From: a virus
Lineage: Duplodnaviria > Caudoviricetes
Reading direction: 5' to 3' (one strand)
DNA length: 58,747 bases
IMG/VR virus record: IMGVR_UViG_3300032334_001918
Span: 1 to 58,747 of that record
The notes beneath the pieces were generated by a model. That model saw only the letters and a program-made list of their open reading frames with translations. It was not told where the DNA came from and made no database searches. Made by a program: the position numbers and the translations under genes. Positions 17,644-26,804 of this stretch are shown piece by piece (the stretch's first letter is position 1; each line of letters starts with the position of its first letter).

Positions 17644-18684
17644 ATGATTGTTGATAATGAAGTGAAATTAGATTATTCTGACGTTTTGATTGTTCCTAGA
17701 GAATCTGAACTGACTAGTCGCGCGCAAGTCGATTTAAATATTGACCACTATGGTAAGCCTGTTGTGCCAATCATCGCTGCTAACATGGATGGCGTTGGCA
17801 CTTTTGCAATGGCTAAAAAGTTGGCTAAGTACAAGATGATGACTGCTCTTTTGAAGCACTATTCCCTCGAAGATCTAACAGAGTTTTATTCAGATGAAGA
17901 TTCACGCTATACCTTTTATAGTATGGGCACTAACGAAGACGATTATAATAAGTTTGTTGAGTTTGATAGGTTGCTATCTACTAATGATTTGCACGCTCCT
18001 ATTGGGATTTGTATTGATGTTGCTAACGGTTACACTCGTAGTTTTGAGACATTCGTTACGAAAATGTCGGAGAATTATCCAAGTTATGTTTTGATGGTTG
18101 GTAATGTTGTAACTCCAGAACGAACTGAACGTCTAATTGAAGCTGGCGCAGATATTGTAAAAATTGGAATTGGTCCTGGCTCAGTATGCACAACTCGTAG
18201 GTTGGCAGGTGTCGGCTACCCACAATTTTCTGCGGTTCTAGAATGTGCTGCAGCTGCTGATGCTGCAGGTGGCTCTATTGTTGCTGATGGTGGGATTACT
18301 TGCCCAGGTGATGCTGCTAAGGCATTTGCAGCTGGTGCCAAGTATGTTATGCTTGGTGGTATGCTTGCTGCCCATGAGGAAGGTCTCCCAGAAGACCATA
18401 AAGATAAGTCCCTATATATGAGCAACGTTCCTTTTTATGGAATGGCGTCAAAAGCAGCCCAAGAAAAATATAATGGTGGTGTTGCAGAATATCGTGCTTC
18501 TGAGGGGAAGGAAGTTATTCTGAAATATCGTGGACCCGTTGATGACACTGTGAAAGAACTTTTAGGTGGAATTCGTTCCGCTTGCACCTACCTTGGTGCA
18601 GAAGATATTTCTCAGATGCATCGTCGGGCAAAATTCGTTAAGGTCAACAGGGTGTTAAACAATGTCTTTGGCAATGTTATTTGA
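17644..18684 (+). CDS. guaC: GMP reductase
   Basis: KLDYSDVLIVP, PIIAANMD, CIDVANGY, GIGPGSVCTTR, YRASEGK and GGIRSACTY motifs. Confidence 0.93.
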   Translation: MIVDNEVKLDYSDVLIVPRESELTSRAQVDLNIDHYGKPVVPIIAANMDGVGTFAMAKKLAKYKMMTALLKHYSLEDLTEFYSDEDSRYTFYSMGTNEDDYNKFVEFDRLLSTNDLHAPIGICIDVANGYTRSFETFVTKMSENYPSYVLMVGNVVTPERTERLIEAGADIVKIGIGPGSVCTTRRLAGVGYPQFSAVLECAAAADAAGGSIVADGGITCPGDAAKAFAAGAKYVMLGGMLAAHEEGLPEDHKDKSLYMSNVPFYGMASKAAQEKYNGGVAEYRASEGKEVILKYRGPVDDTVKELLGGIRSACTYLGAEDISQMHRRAKFVKVNRVLNNVFGNVI

Positions 18685-18730
18685 TTCGGAATTCGTAGAA
18701 CAATCTACCAATAAAAGAGAGATAATCTTA

Positions 18731-18952
18731 ATGGCAACAAAGGAAGAAAAACAAAACTTTTCTTTACAAATAGAAACACTAGCAGCCACATTAGGAATTT
18801 CTTACATTGAAGCAATCACCCACCACTGCGAAGCGACTGGGTTAGAAGTTGAGATGGCAGCAACTTTAATTAATGACAGTTTAAAGTCTAAAGTAGAATG
18901 TGAAGCTCAACAGCTGAGATACCTCCCAAGAGGTTCCAGTTTGCCTATATGA
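18731..18952 (+). CDS. gp33: Late transcription coactivator gp33
   Basis: FSLQIE...SYIEAI..HCE...LKSKVECEA..LRYLP; position before gp59 and gp32; start could be 18662. Confidence 0.85.
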   Translation: MATKEEKQNFSLQIETLAATLGISYIEAITHHCEATGLEVEMAATLINDSLKSKVECEAQQLRYLPRGSSLPI

Positions 18953-19557
18953 ACGGTTTCGACGCCTTTCAAATATACAATTCTGTTCGTTTACATTTTC
19001 TTAATGATGGGTTTGATTTCTTTCGGTACAATGGTAAATCTAAAATTTCTCTAGAAGCTTTTGAGAAGAAGAAAGACAAATACCTGTTTCACAAAATTGC
19101 TAGAATGTTTACAGAAGAAGAGTTACCATACTTCTATGCTGTAAACTTTCTAAAGAATGATAAAGTTTGGGTTAACTCTTTAGTTCAGGATGAAGCGTCC
19201 AAGAAGTTTAAGAGTTGGGTCAAATGGCAGCAAGCAAGAACTCATAACTTTAAAGAGGACTTGATTAAGCTTGCTGAAATGGATTTCGGGACGTTGATTG
19301 TTTGTAAAGATAACCAACATCCTGAATTGTTGAATCTTGTATTTCAAAATGAAATAGATTATGATACGCTGGTCATGTTAGACCATTTTATCAAGTTTAC
19401 AGAATCTTGGAATAAGAAGATAGGTGATGATTTTATTTGGGAAGAGTTTTACAAGAAGTTTAAAAAGTACAAGCCATTCTTTACAGGTTACGCGCCTTTG
19501 AGTGAGCCTCACTATGTAAAACTTCTGAAAGAATATTTGACTCCACCGAGTAAATGA
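18949..19557 (+). CDS. gp59: Helicase loader gp59
   Basis: LHF...FDFFRYNGK, KDKYLF and KYKPF motifs; synteny. Confidence 0.88.
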   Translation: MNGFDAFQIYNSVRLHFLNDGFDFFRYNGKSKISLEAFEKKKDKYLFHKIARMFTEEELPYFYAVNFLKNDKVWVNSLVQDEASKKFKSWVKWQQARTHNFKEDLIKLAEMDFGTLIVCKDNQHPELLNLVFQNEIDYDTLVMLDHFIKFTESWNKKIGDDFIWEEFYKKFKKYKPFFTGYAPLSEPHYVKLLKEYLTPPSK

Positions 19558-19565
19558 TATATAAT
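19537..19565 (+). promoter_or_regulatory. sigma70 promoter for gp32
   Basis: TTGACT(19537)-17-TATAAT(19560). Confidence 0.7.
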
Positions 19566-19630
19566 ATAGTTGTTATGATGATAATTGGACAAGTCGCATA
19601 CTTTTAATACTACGCATAAGGAATATACAA

Positions 19631-20494
19631 ATGAATCTTAGTTCACTAAAAAAGAAGTCCTCGTTCGACAAACTCACCAAGGCTATCGAAGGTCTTGGCA
19701 ATCAGAAATCTGGCGGTAGCGATAACCGCTTCTGGGTTCCTGATGTCGACAAGGCAGGCAATGGCTACGCAGTAGTTCGTTTCCTCGATTCCCCCCAAGT
19801 TGATGGCGAAGATGGCATGCCTTGGGTTCAGCTCTTCAATCACGGTTTCCAAGGACCAGGTGGCTGGTATATCGAGAACTGCCTCACTTCTATCAACCAG
19901 AAGTGCCCAGTTTGCGAGCACAATACTTCACTCTGGAACAGCGGTATCGAATCCAATAAGGATGTGGTTCGTAAGCAGAAGCGCAAGCTGACCTATATTG
20001 CCAACGTTTTGGTTCTCAAGGATCCTGCCAAGCCCTCTAACGAAGGTAAGGTTTTCCTCTTCAAGTTCGGTAAAAAGATCTTTGATAAGATCAAGGAAAA
20101 GATCGAGCCACAGTTTGAGGATGAGAAGGCAATCAATCCGTTTAACTTCTGGGAAGGTGCAAACTTCAAGCTCAAGATCCGTAACGTCGAAGGCTATCGT
20201 AACTACGATAAGTCTGAGTTCGATAGTGTTTCGGCACTGTTTGATGGTGATGATGCAGAAATTGAAACTGCTTGGAAAGAAGCGCATTCGCTGAAGGCAT
20301 TCTTGAGTCCTTCTGACTTTAAGCCTTACGATGAGCTTAAGGCTAAGTTGAATCGCGTTCTTGGTGTTGGTGGTGTCAAGCCCCGTACTGCGAGCGTCGA
20401 GGATGTCGAGATTGATGAGGAAGTTAACGTTCCAACCACTGATAGTGGTGATGACGATACTCTTTCTTACTTCAGTAAGTTGGCTTCTGAGTAA
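19631..20494 (+). CDS. gp32: Single-stranded DNA-binding protein gp32
   Basis: DKAGNGYAVVRFL, HGFQGPGGWYIENC, CPVCE and GANFKLK motifs; acidic tail. Confidence 0.97.
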   Translation: MNLSSLKKKSSFDKLTKAIEGLGNQKSGGSDNRFWVPDVDKAGNGYAVVRFLDSPQVDGEDGMPWVQLFNHGFQGPGGWYIENCLTSINQKCPVCEHNTSLWNSGIESNKDVVRKQKRKLTYIANVLVLKDPAKPSNEGKVFLFKFGKKIFDKIKEKIEPQFEDEKAINPFNFWEGANFKLKIRNVEGYRNYDKSEFDSVSALFDGDDAEIETAWKEAHSLKAFLSPSDFKPYDELKAKLNRVLGVGGVKPRTASVEDVEIDEEVNVPTTDSGDDDTLSYFSKLASE

Positions 20495-20577
20495 TCAGAA
20501 CAAAACGTCCGAATTATGTACGCTTGTGGATGACCTTGCATCCCACCAGTAAAATGGGGCGGTTCCAGTGACGTTTT

Positions 20578-20606
20578 AGGGGAGACAGAAATGTCTCCCC
20601 TTTTTT
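20578..20606 (+). terminator. Intrinsic terminator after gp32
   Basis: AGGGGAGACA-GAAA-TGTCTCCCCT followed by TTTTT. Confidence 0.9.
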
Positions 20607-22689
20607 ACATCTTATAGATTCCCGGATGCACAACAGGATGATCGAAGATTGAAGCAACATAAGTTGAAACTGAGATCTCATCATTTCTGACTTGGATGTA
20701 TTCAGGTTGAGTACTCTTATTGAGTTTTCCCATTACAGCATCAAAGCCAGCCTTCATCATTTTAGGAAGTTCACCTTGAGGTTGTGAATTGACGACAGAT
20801 ACTTGAGCTGGCTTATCTTCTTTTAATGATGCATTTTCTGACGACAGTGGAGCAACTTGTTGTTCTTGTCTATTTGGAGTTGGTGCTGGTCTCTCAATCT
20901 TACCTCTAACCACTCCTTGCGCGTCTGGATTTGCGCCAGGTTTAATTTTTTGCTGCACTTCGGTAGGTAATTCATTTTTAGAAACAACCTTGCCATCTGG
21001 TCCTTTATACTTTCCAGGCGCAACTAGCTCATATCCAGTTCCCTTAAGCTTACTATTTGTTGTTGCCGCCCTTTGTGCGAAAGTAGACTCACCAGCTTTT
21101 GCTGCAGCATTACCCTCAGCATTTTGTCCAGTTATTGCACCAACGCCTGAAGCAGTCCAATCGCTCGCCGCCCTTCCAGTTAATGCTTCTGTTCCTGCAT
21201 CAATTCCTTTACCCACAAGATATCCTGCTGCGCCAGCCCCAGCTATTGCAGCAAGTGGTCCAGCTAATCTCAATAGAGGACCAAGCAACTTGCCAATTCC
21301 GCCAAGTAAAGAACCCATCAAACCACCAAGAAGCGCCTTCAATAATCCACCCTTTCCATCTTCCATGTCTTCTAATTTCTGTAGAATTTTATCTAGTTTA
21401 TCAATCATCATCTTGCGGTCTTCACCAGAAGCTTCTGCAGATTGTGCTGCAGCTGATTGGGCTGCGCCCCGTTCAGCTAACTGTTGAGTAGATGTTGAAT
21501 CGCTTTGTGGTGTAATTTCTGATTTGTTAGGATTAGCTTCACCATTTAATGTTTGGAATGCAGCTTCCTGTTGTTGTTTGTCACCAAACTTTCTTGCAAT
21601 CTTTAGCGAGTTCTTTTCGCCAACAACCATCTTGGTTGCACCAAATAAGAACTTTTTAAATTTGCTCTTTGAACCATATCTCATCACATCTTGCGCTTGT
21701 TCTACTTCGTCTTTGCGTTTTGAGTATTCCTCGAAGTTCTTTGGTCTATTTGGATCTTGTTGGTCTCCTCCACCCTGTGGAGCTCCTCCTCCTGAAGGTT
21801 CTTTCTTAGAAGCAATCAATAAAAGACCTTCATCTTGCAATTCTTTCTTTATTTGCTCAACTAATCCTTTAGCTGTAGCCTGATCAATTTTGTCGAGTGT
21901 TTGTCCTGATGGCTTGGAGGTTAGTTCTAGATTATCATTTATTTTTCTAGCGTCTTGTTGTTCTTTTTTGGCAACTAGATCCTGATTACCCAAAAAAGCA
22001 GCCTTAGATAATACCTTCTGGTAGTCACTATTTGCACCCTCTTTAGATGCAATTCCTCCAGCTAGTCCAGATTCTTGAACTTCAGTGACCTGCTTGCCTT
22101 CTGGTGCAAGAGGGTCAAATCTAAATGTTTGAGCATTTTCGCCCTTACCAACTGTTAAGCCTCGAGGTGAGAGGCGTTTCTCGATTCTGTCTATAGTTTC
22201 TTGAAGTTCAGGTATATCTTTCAAAGCTTCTTTAACTTGATCAATAACTTTCTTGAGTTCTGCTTTAACAACTCTTTCAGTTTTATTATTGATTGACTTT
22301 TTTGTTGACTCTAATTTCTTGTTTATCTTTTCTGATTGTTGTTGTAGTGCCGCAGTATCCGCACCACCTGATTGATTTTTATCACCTCTATCTCCATATA
22401 AAGTTTGAAATGCTTCTTCTTGAAGTTTCTTATTGCCGAACTTTCTAGCAATCTTTTCAGCATTCTTTTCGCCAACAATAGAAGATGTTGCACCAAAAAG
22501 TAGTTTTCTTCCACCACCTGCTCCACCATAGCGCATCACATCTTGAGCTTTTTCTATTTGATCTAAGCGAGATGAAAATTCTTCAAATGACTCGGAACCT
22601 TTTGCAGCTGCAGCTGGTCGAACACCAGGGTTGGTGTTTAGTTGCGAAGAAATATTTTTTAATCCAATACCAGCTGAGGTCTTTCTCAT
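20605..22689 (-). CDS. Baseplate hub / tape-measure-like protein (gp29 position)
   Basis: Long, mostly helical/charged protein with a G/L/A-rich hydrophobic segment, directly downstream of gp26-gp51; internal ~67-aa duplication. Confidence 0.5.
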   Translation of the reverse strand: MRKTSAGIGLKNISSQLNTNPGVRPAAAAKGSESFEEFSSRLDQIEKAQDVMRYGGAGGGRKLLFGATSSIVGEKNAEKIARKFGNKKLQEEAFQTLYGDRGDKNQSGGADTAALQQQSEKINKKLESTKKSINNKTERVVKAELKKVIDQVKEALKDIPELQETIDRIEKRLSPRGLTVGKGENAQTFRFDPLAPEGKQVTEVQESGLAGGIASKEGANSDYQKVLSKAAFLGNQDLVAKKEQQDARKINDNLELTSKPSGQTLDKIDQATAKGLVEQIKKELQDEGLLLIASKKEPSGGGAPQGGGDQQDPNRPKNFEEYSKRKDEVEQAQDVMRYGSKSKFKKFLFGATKMVVGEKNSLKIARKFGDKQQQEAAFQTLNGEANPNKSEITPQSDSTSTQQLAERGAAQSAAAQSAEASGEDRKMMIDKLDKILQKLEDMEDGKGGLLKALLGGLMGSLLGGIGKLLGPLLRLAGPLAAIAGAGAAGYLVGKGIDAGTEALTGRAASDWTASGVGAITGQNAEGNAAAKAGESTFAQRAATTNSKLKGTGYELVAPGKYKGPDGKVVSKNELPTEVQQKIKPGANPDAQGVVRGKIERPAPTPNRQEQQVAPLSSENASLKEDKPAQVSVVNSQPQGELPKMMKAGFDAVMGKLNKSTQPEYIQVRNDEISVSTYVASIFDHPVVHPGIYKM

Positions 22690-22868
22690 CTTCTTTTAGC
22701 CCTATTAGTTTGATTAGCCAACTTAATCTTCTCATTCTCTTCTTTTATGTGCGCAGTTAGAAGATTAACATAGATCTCTCTTTCCCAAGGCAACATATTT
22801 TCAAGCTCAGTCAATGAATATTTGTGATGGTGTATTAATGTAAAATTCGTCGTATAGTATGTCTTCAA
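22686..22868 (-). CDS. gp51: gp51-like baseplate hub assembly catalyst (possibly made as a -1 frameshift extension of gp26)
   Basis: YY.TNF.L..HHKYSLTELENMLPWEREIYV motif; no ATG start or RBS upstream of the motif. Confidence 0.85.
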   Translation of the reverse strand: MKTYYTTNFTLIHHHKYSLTELENMLPWEREIYVNLLTAHIKEENEKIKLANQTNRAKRR

Positions 22869-22885
22869 ACAGTCATGACCAAAGC

Positions 22886-23602
22886 TTAGAGAAAAAAATC
22901 GTTGAGACCCTCCAGCACCATATTGTGCTCAAATCCGCATCTAGGGCAATTATGCTGTTTAGAATACTGGACTGTTGGTGTGGTCTTTGTAAAAGATAAT
23001 AACTTATCATAATCATTGCTTGATAGGTTATTGACAAATTCTATGAGTTCTTCTTCAGAAGATTCATCTGCATCTATAACACTTTCTTCATCAAAAATTT
23101 TGTCGATACAATCTACCATCAACCTCACTTGCGCTTGAACTGGATCTTCATCTTCTATCTTTAATTGATTGATAGAAGGATATCTCATCAATACGCCAAT
23201 TTTATTATTAAACATAATTTTCTTGGCTGCAGCAAGGTTAATAATCTGAACTTCATTTAAAAGGTCGACAGACATATCAATGACCATATCGCATTCTTTT
23301 TCTTCAACGATATTTTTACACTTAAAGTAAATGTCGACGTTTTCTCCAACAGAGCGAGCTCTTAAATTTAAGAAGAAAAATTCTAGATCTACTAAAGGTA
23401 ACTTAGTGACATCAATTTCGTCTAGAACACAATTATTGATAATTTGCACCAATGCATGAACAATTGTTTCTGGATTCGTTGACTCAACAGCCATCATCAA
23501 TAGTTTTTGTTCTTTGACTAGAAATGGTCTAAACCGAACAGGGTCTTTAACAGATTGCAGTTGTATCGTGTATGTTGGATATTCAATTTTAGGCAGAGCC
23601 AT
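22886..23602 (-). CDS. gp26: gp26-like baseplate hub assembly protein
   Basis: MALPKI..P.Y, RPFLVKEQKLL, D.E..FL.LRARSVGE, CxxC and LEGLNDFF motifs. Confidence 0.9.
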   Translation of the reverse strand: MALPKIEYPTYTIQLQSVKDPVRFRPFLVKEQKLLMMAVESTNPETIVHALVQIINNCVLDEIDVTKLPLVDLEFFFLNLRARSVGENVDIYFKCKNIVEEKECDMVIDMSVDLLNEVQIINLAAAKKIMFNNKIGVLMRYPSINQLKIEDEDPVQAQVRLMVDCIDKIFDEESVIDADESSEEELIEFVNNLSSNDYDKLLSFTKTTPTVQYSKQHNCPRCGFEHNMVLEGLNDFFL

Positions 23603-23613
23603 ATATAATCACC

Positions 23614-24546
23614 TCAAAGTTTTAATTTTTTGTTAATAAATTTTTGTGCTGCGTTATATGCAGTTTGTTCAAGAACACCAGCCAATCTGTTGTCTTTATT
23701 TTCGCTACTATCAGTATAATTGGTAACAGCCTCATTTGTATAACTGTCTGTAATTCCTGCAGATTTACTTATCCACTTTTTATATGCAAATGTCACTTGC
23801 AGTCTATGCACAGAATCGTCTGACCAATTTAATGGTAGCGAAGAGACCGAAATAGGAATTGCTTCTATAAGTTTGCAATCATAGATTAATTGCGGTGTGA
23901 CATCTTTTGCTAATGGTTGTTGTTTAACTTGACCATCTGGATTTATGTATTGGTTGAATTGAGCTATAGGACCCATATATTTGTCAACCAGAGTATTTAC
24001 TGTTTTATTCACAACTGAATCTAATAGTCTTTGACCAAAAGCATTTCTAGGCTTTATTTTTGATGCAGTAACCATAACCTCTTCTACTGAATTTGGATCT
24101 ACTGGCTCTGATGGAGCATCAGTACCAATATGAGAATACTGCTTAATTGTGACATCAGTTGCATAGTTTGGAGTTCCTGCATCGCTAGAATAATAATTTA
24201 TTAGACCACTTTGGGTTGGAATCATAGATTCAATCCAAGCATCAAAGAACTTCTTTTCCTTCATAGTTCCGTTGCAATAAAAAGTTAACGTAACTTCTGG
24301 GAACTGAAGATGATGAGGTATTCTATTTGTAAAAGCATAGTGTCGATATTCTACCATGCTTATATTCTTACCAGGCAACTCTGCAGCTTCGCATTGAAAT
24401 GCTAACTCTTTCGTCATGTTAGATCCAAAAACTGGATCTCCAGATAGTGAGTTTGGTGTTGAGATCCAAACCTCAAACTTATCTGTTTTAGCAAATTCGC
24501 CTTGCCCCGTAAAGTGGGTTCTAAATTGATTGACGTTAAATGCCAT
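23614..24546 (-). CDS. Tail-tube-fold protein (gp54/gp19-like tube initiator)
   Basis: CEAAELPG, VTLTFY...FFDAW and P...L.W......LQVTFAYKKW motifs. Confidence 0.75.
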   Translation of the reverse strand: MAFNVNQFRTHFTGQGEFAKTDKFEVWISTPNSLSGDPVFGSNMTKELAFQCEAAELPGKNISMVEYRHYAFTNRIPHHLQFPEVTLTFYCNGTMKEKKFFDAWIESMIPTQSGLINYYSSDAGTPNYATDVTIKQYSHIGTDAPSEPVDPNSVEEVMVTASKIKPRNAFGQRLLDSVVNKTVNTLVDKYMGPIAQFNQYINPDGQVKQQPLAKDVTPQLIYDCKLIEAIPISVSSLPLNWSDDSVHRLQVTFAYKKWISKSAGITDSYTNEAVTNYTDSSENKDNRLAGVLEQTAYNAAQKFINKKLKL

Positions 24547-25126
24547 TTATAATTTCCTGAGAGTCTTTATGAACCTTTGTTCGTTTCGCATTTACAAAGT
24601 TGTCGAATGGCAATAGTGCAGTTATTTCCCATTCGTCTGGTTGTATTTCTATAATGTTAGAACGGATATGAGAACTTAGGTATCTTTTCATACAAGGAGC
24701 AAATTCTTTAAATCTAGACGCTCCGGAAAGTATACCGTAATTAATTCTCAACTTCGTCGTATCATCAAACTTATCATTATTCGTGGTATCATAAAGTTTA
24801 TCAAGCAATGCCAATCTTTGATTGGGTCTAATGTAATGGAGGTTTAACCCTAAAAATCCATCATTGTACATCTCAATAGGAAACACAAGAGGAAAGGTAT
24901 CATAGTATGGAAGCTCATCTTTCGTCTTCGGGTCATACATATAAAAGTACATTCTACCAGGAAGAAATTTGTTAGTTTTTCTAGATTGGTCTCTGAGAAC
25001 ACTTCTCTGATTTACCTTAGAAAGATCTCTAACTTTTTTCTTGAGCCATTCTCTAGACTTCTTGGTACGCATCTCGTAACCAGTCTTAGCTAACTGCTCT
25101 GATATTTTGTCTATTAGTATTGCCAT
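24536..25126 (-). CDS. gp2: DNA end protector protein gp2
   Basis: YDPKTKDELPYYDTFPL, GFLGLNLHY and KRYL..H motifs. Confidence 0.92.
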   Translation of the reverse strand: MAILIDKISEQLAKTGYEMRTKKSREWLKKKVRDLSKVNQRSVLRDQSRKTNKFLPGRMYFYMYDPKTKDELPYYDTFPLVFPIEMYNDGFLGLNLHYIRPNQRLALLDKLYDTTNNDKFDDTTKLRINYGILSGASRFKEFAPCMKRYLSSHIRSNIIEIQPDEWEITALLPFDNFVNAKRTKVHKDSQEIINGI

Positions 25127-25129
25127 TTC

Positions 25130-25576
25130 TTATTTATTCGATTTTTTGAACAGTTCATTCTCCGTAACGATCTTAAATTCCCAAGATCGATCAGCGCAAT
25201 ATTCTCTAGCTGCCTTCCATTTAGCTTCGTTCACACCCCAAGTGGCAATTTCTGTGATGTAACCTTTAGTTACCTTTTTTCTCTTCTCTGGTGGCTTGGT
25301 TTGCTTTTCTGGTTTCACCTCAACCAATATGCTCTGAATTCCACCATCACGCTTCTTAACTTTGATTAGGAAATCAGGGAAGTATCGATGGTATTTATTG
25401 TCTAGTGGTGATAAATAAGGAATGAAGAATTCTTCTGATGACCACTGAAGGACATTCTCGTTTGTGTCGAACCATACCATGGCTTTACGCTCCCAGAGAG
25501 AACGATACCATATATTGCTGGGGTCGCCTTTGTATTTTGCTGGATTCTGCGGTGAGAATCTTCCACTATATGCCAT
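25130..25576 (-). CDS. gp4: Head completion nuclease gp4
   Basis: NPAKYKGD, YRSLWE, HRYFPDF, EVKP and NEAKWKAA motifs. Confidence 0.95.
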   Translation of the reverse strand: MAYSGRFSPQNPAKYKGDPSNIWYRSLWERKAMVWFDTNENVLQWSSEEFFIPYLSPLDNKYHRYFPDFLIKVKKRDGGIQSILVEVKPEKQTKPPEKRKKVTKGYITEIATWGVNEAKWKAAREYCADRSWEFKIVTENELFKKSNK

Positions 25577-25583
25577 ATAAATA
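25576..25583 (+). promoter_or_regulatory. T4-type late promoter for the baseplate operon
   Basis: TATAAATA upstream of gp48. Confidence 0.6.
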
Positions 25584-25630
25584 ATTCTATCTTAAATAAG
25601 AGTATCTATAATGCCGGCAAGAGTAATCAA

Positions 25631-26803
25631 ATGACATCAGGTCCATTCGCAATCAAAAGCCAACATGAATTTACTGTCGGTGCTGGTCCATTAAATGTTC
25701 TCACAGAAAGTCCATACGACTTTAAGAAAACTCAATATCCGACAGAGGGTCTTGGAAGCACTGTTCCAAGCTATGTTGTGTTTTATGTTAACCTGCCTGA
25801 TTCAGCTAAATTTAAATTAACTGGTGAAAATTATGTTGAAAACGCATTTAGTATCTCTGATCAAAATATTCAAAACTCTAGAGGTGCTACAAATCCAAAA
25901 TTAGTTTCAGGGGGTCTTGGAACTGCTTTGGGGATTGGCTTAACTACAGCAGCTATAAGTGCAGGTAGAGATTTTGCTGGCGTAATCAGAAGTGGACGTT
26001 TACTGACTGGATTAGAAAATGCTGGAGAAGGGGCAGGTGCTGCTGGTATTCGTGGAGCTGCTGGTGGCGTTATTGCAGGATTTGCCCAAAGCGTCGACAA
26101 AAAGCCTAAAATGCAAAGAATTAAAGAAGCTGTGGCAATTTATATGCCAGATACAGTTATGCACACATATTCTCACGATTATGATGTTCAATCTTTAACT
26201 GCTGCGATGGGTGATGTTGGTAAAGCTCAGAGAGGAGGTAGCGGCACAATAGAAGCCATTAAAAATGCATTTACCTCTGGAGATCCAGTAAATCCTCAGG
26301 CTAGTGCAGGATTCACTGAACTAATGGGTGATTTAGCCCAGGAAACAGGGCAAGTTGGTGCTGGCTTTACAGATTTTTTATTGAGAAATAAAGGTCTAGC
26401 TCTTAACCCTCAGGTTGAATTGCTATTCAAGGGTACTGCTAATCGCGGATTTATTTTCGACTTTAAATTCCAACCAAAGAATCAAAAAGAAGCCGAAACC
26501 ATCAATAACATTATCTTCATTTTTAGAAGATATGCAGCACCAACTCTTTCTGCTACCGTAACTGATCCAGGGGCGTACTTTATACCTCCTGCACAATTTG
26601 ATATTCAATACTACTTCAAGAACCAAGAAAACAAATTCATTGGAAGAATATCTACATGCGTTCTTGAGAATATAGACATCAATTACTCTTCAGCTGGCCA
26701 GTATGCAACCTTCAATGACGGTGCTCCTATTGAAATTAATATGCAATTAAGATTCAAGGAAGTCGATATCATAACTCGCAATATGATCGATCAAGGATTC
26801 TAA
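25631..26803 (+). CDS. gp48: Baseplate tail-tube cap gp48
   Basis: IYMP, NPQVELLFKG..R.F.F.FKF.PKN..EA, CVLE...NYS and L.FKE motifs. Confidence 0.88.
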   Translation: MTSGPFAIKSQHEFTVGAGPLNVLTESPYDFKKTQYPTEGLGSTVPSYVVFYVNLPDSAKFKLTGENYVENAFSISDQNIQNSRGATNPKLVSGGLGTALGIGLTTAAISAGRDFAGVIRSGRLLTGLENAGEGAGAAGIRGAAGGVIAGFAQSVDKKPKMQRIKEAVAIYMPDTVMHTYSHDYDVQSLTAAMGDVGKAQRGGSGTIEAIKNAFTSGDPVNPQASAGFTELMGDLAQETGQVGAGFTDFLLRNKGLALNPQVELLFKGTANRGFIFDFKFQPKNQKEAETINNIIFIFRRYAAPTLSATVTDPGAYFIPPAQFDIQYYFKNQENKFIGRISTCVLENIDINYSSAGQYATFNDGAPIEINMQLRFKEVDIITRNMIDQGF

Positions 26804-26804
26804 G

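Noticed and set aside
20502-20577. Hammerhead or other known self-cleaving ribozyme
   Set aside because: No CUGAUGA/GAAA core or other consensus I could recognise; kept only as an unassigned structured RNA candidate.
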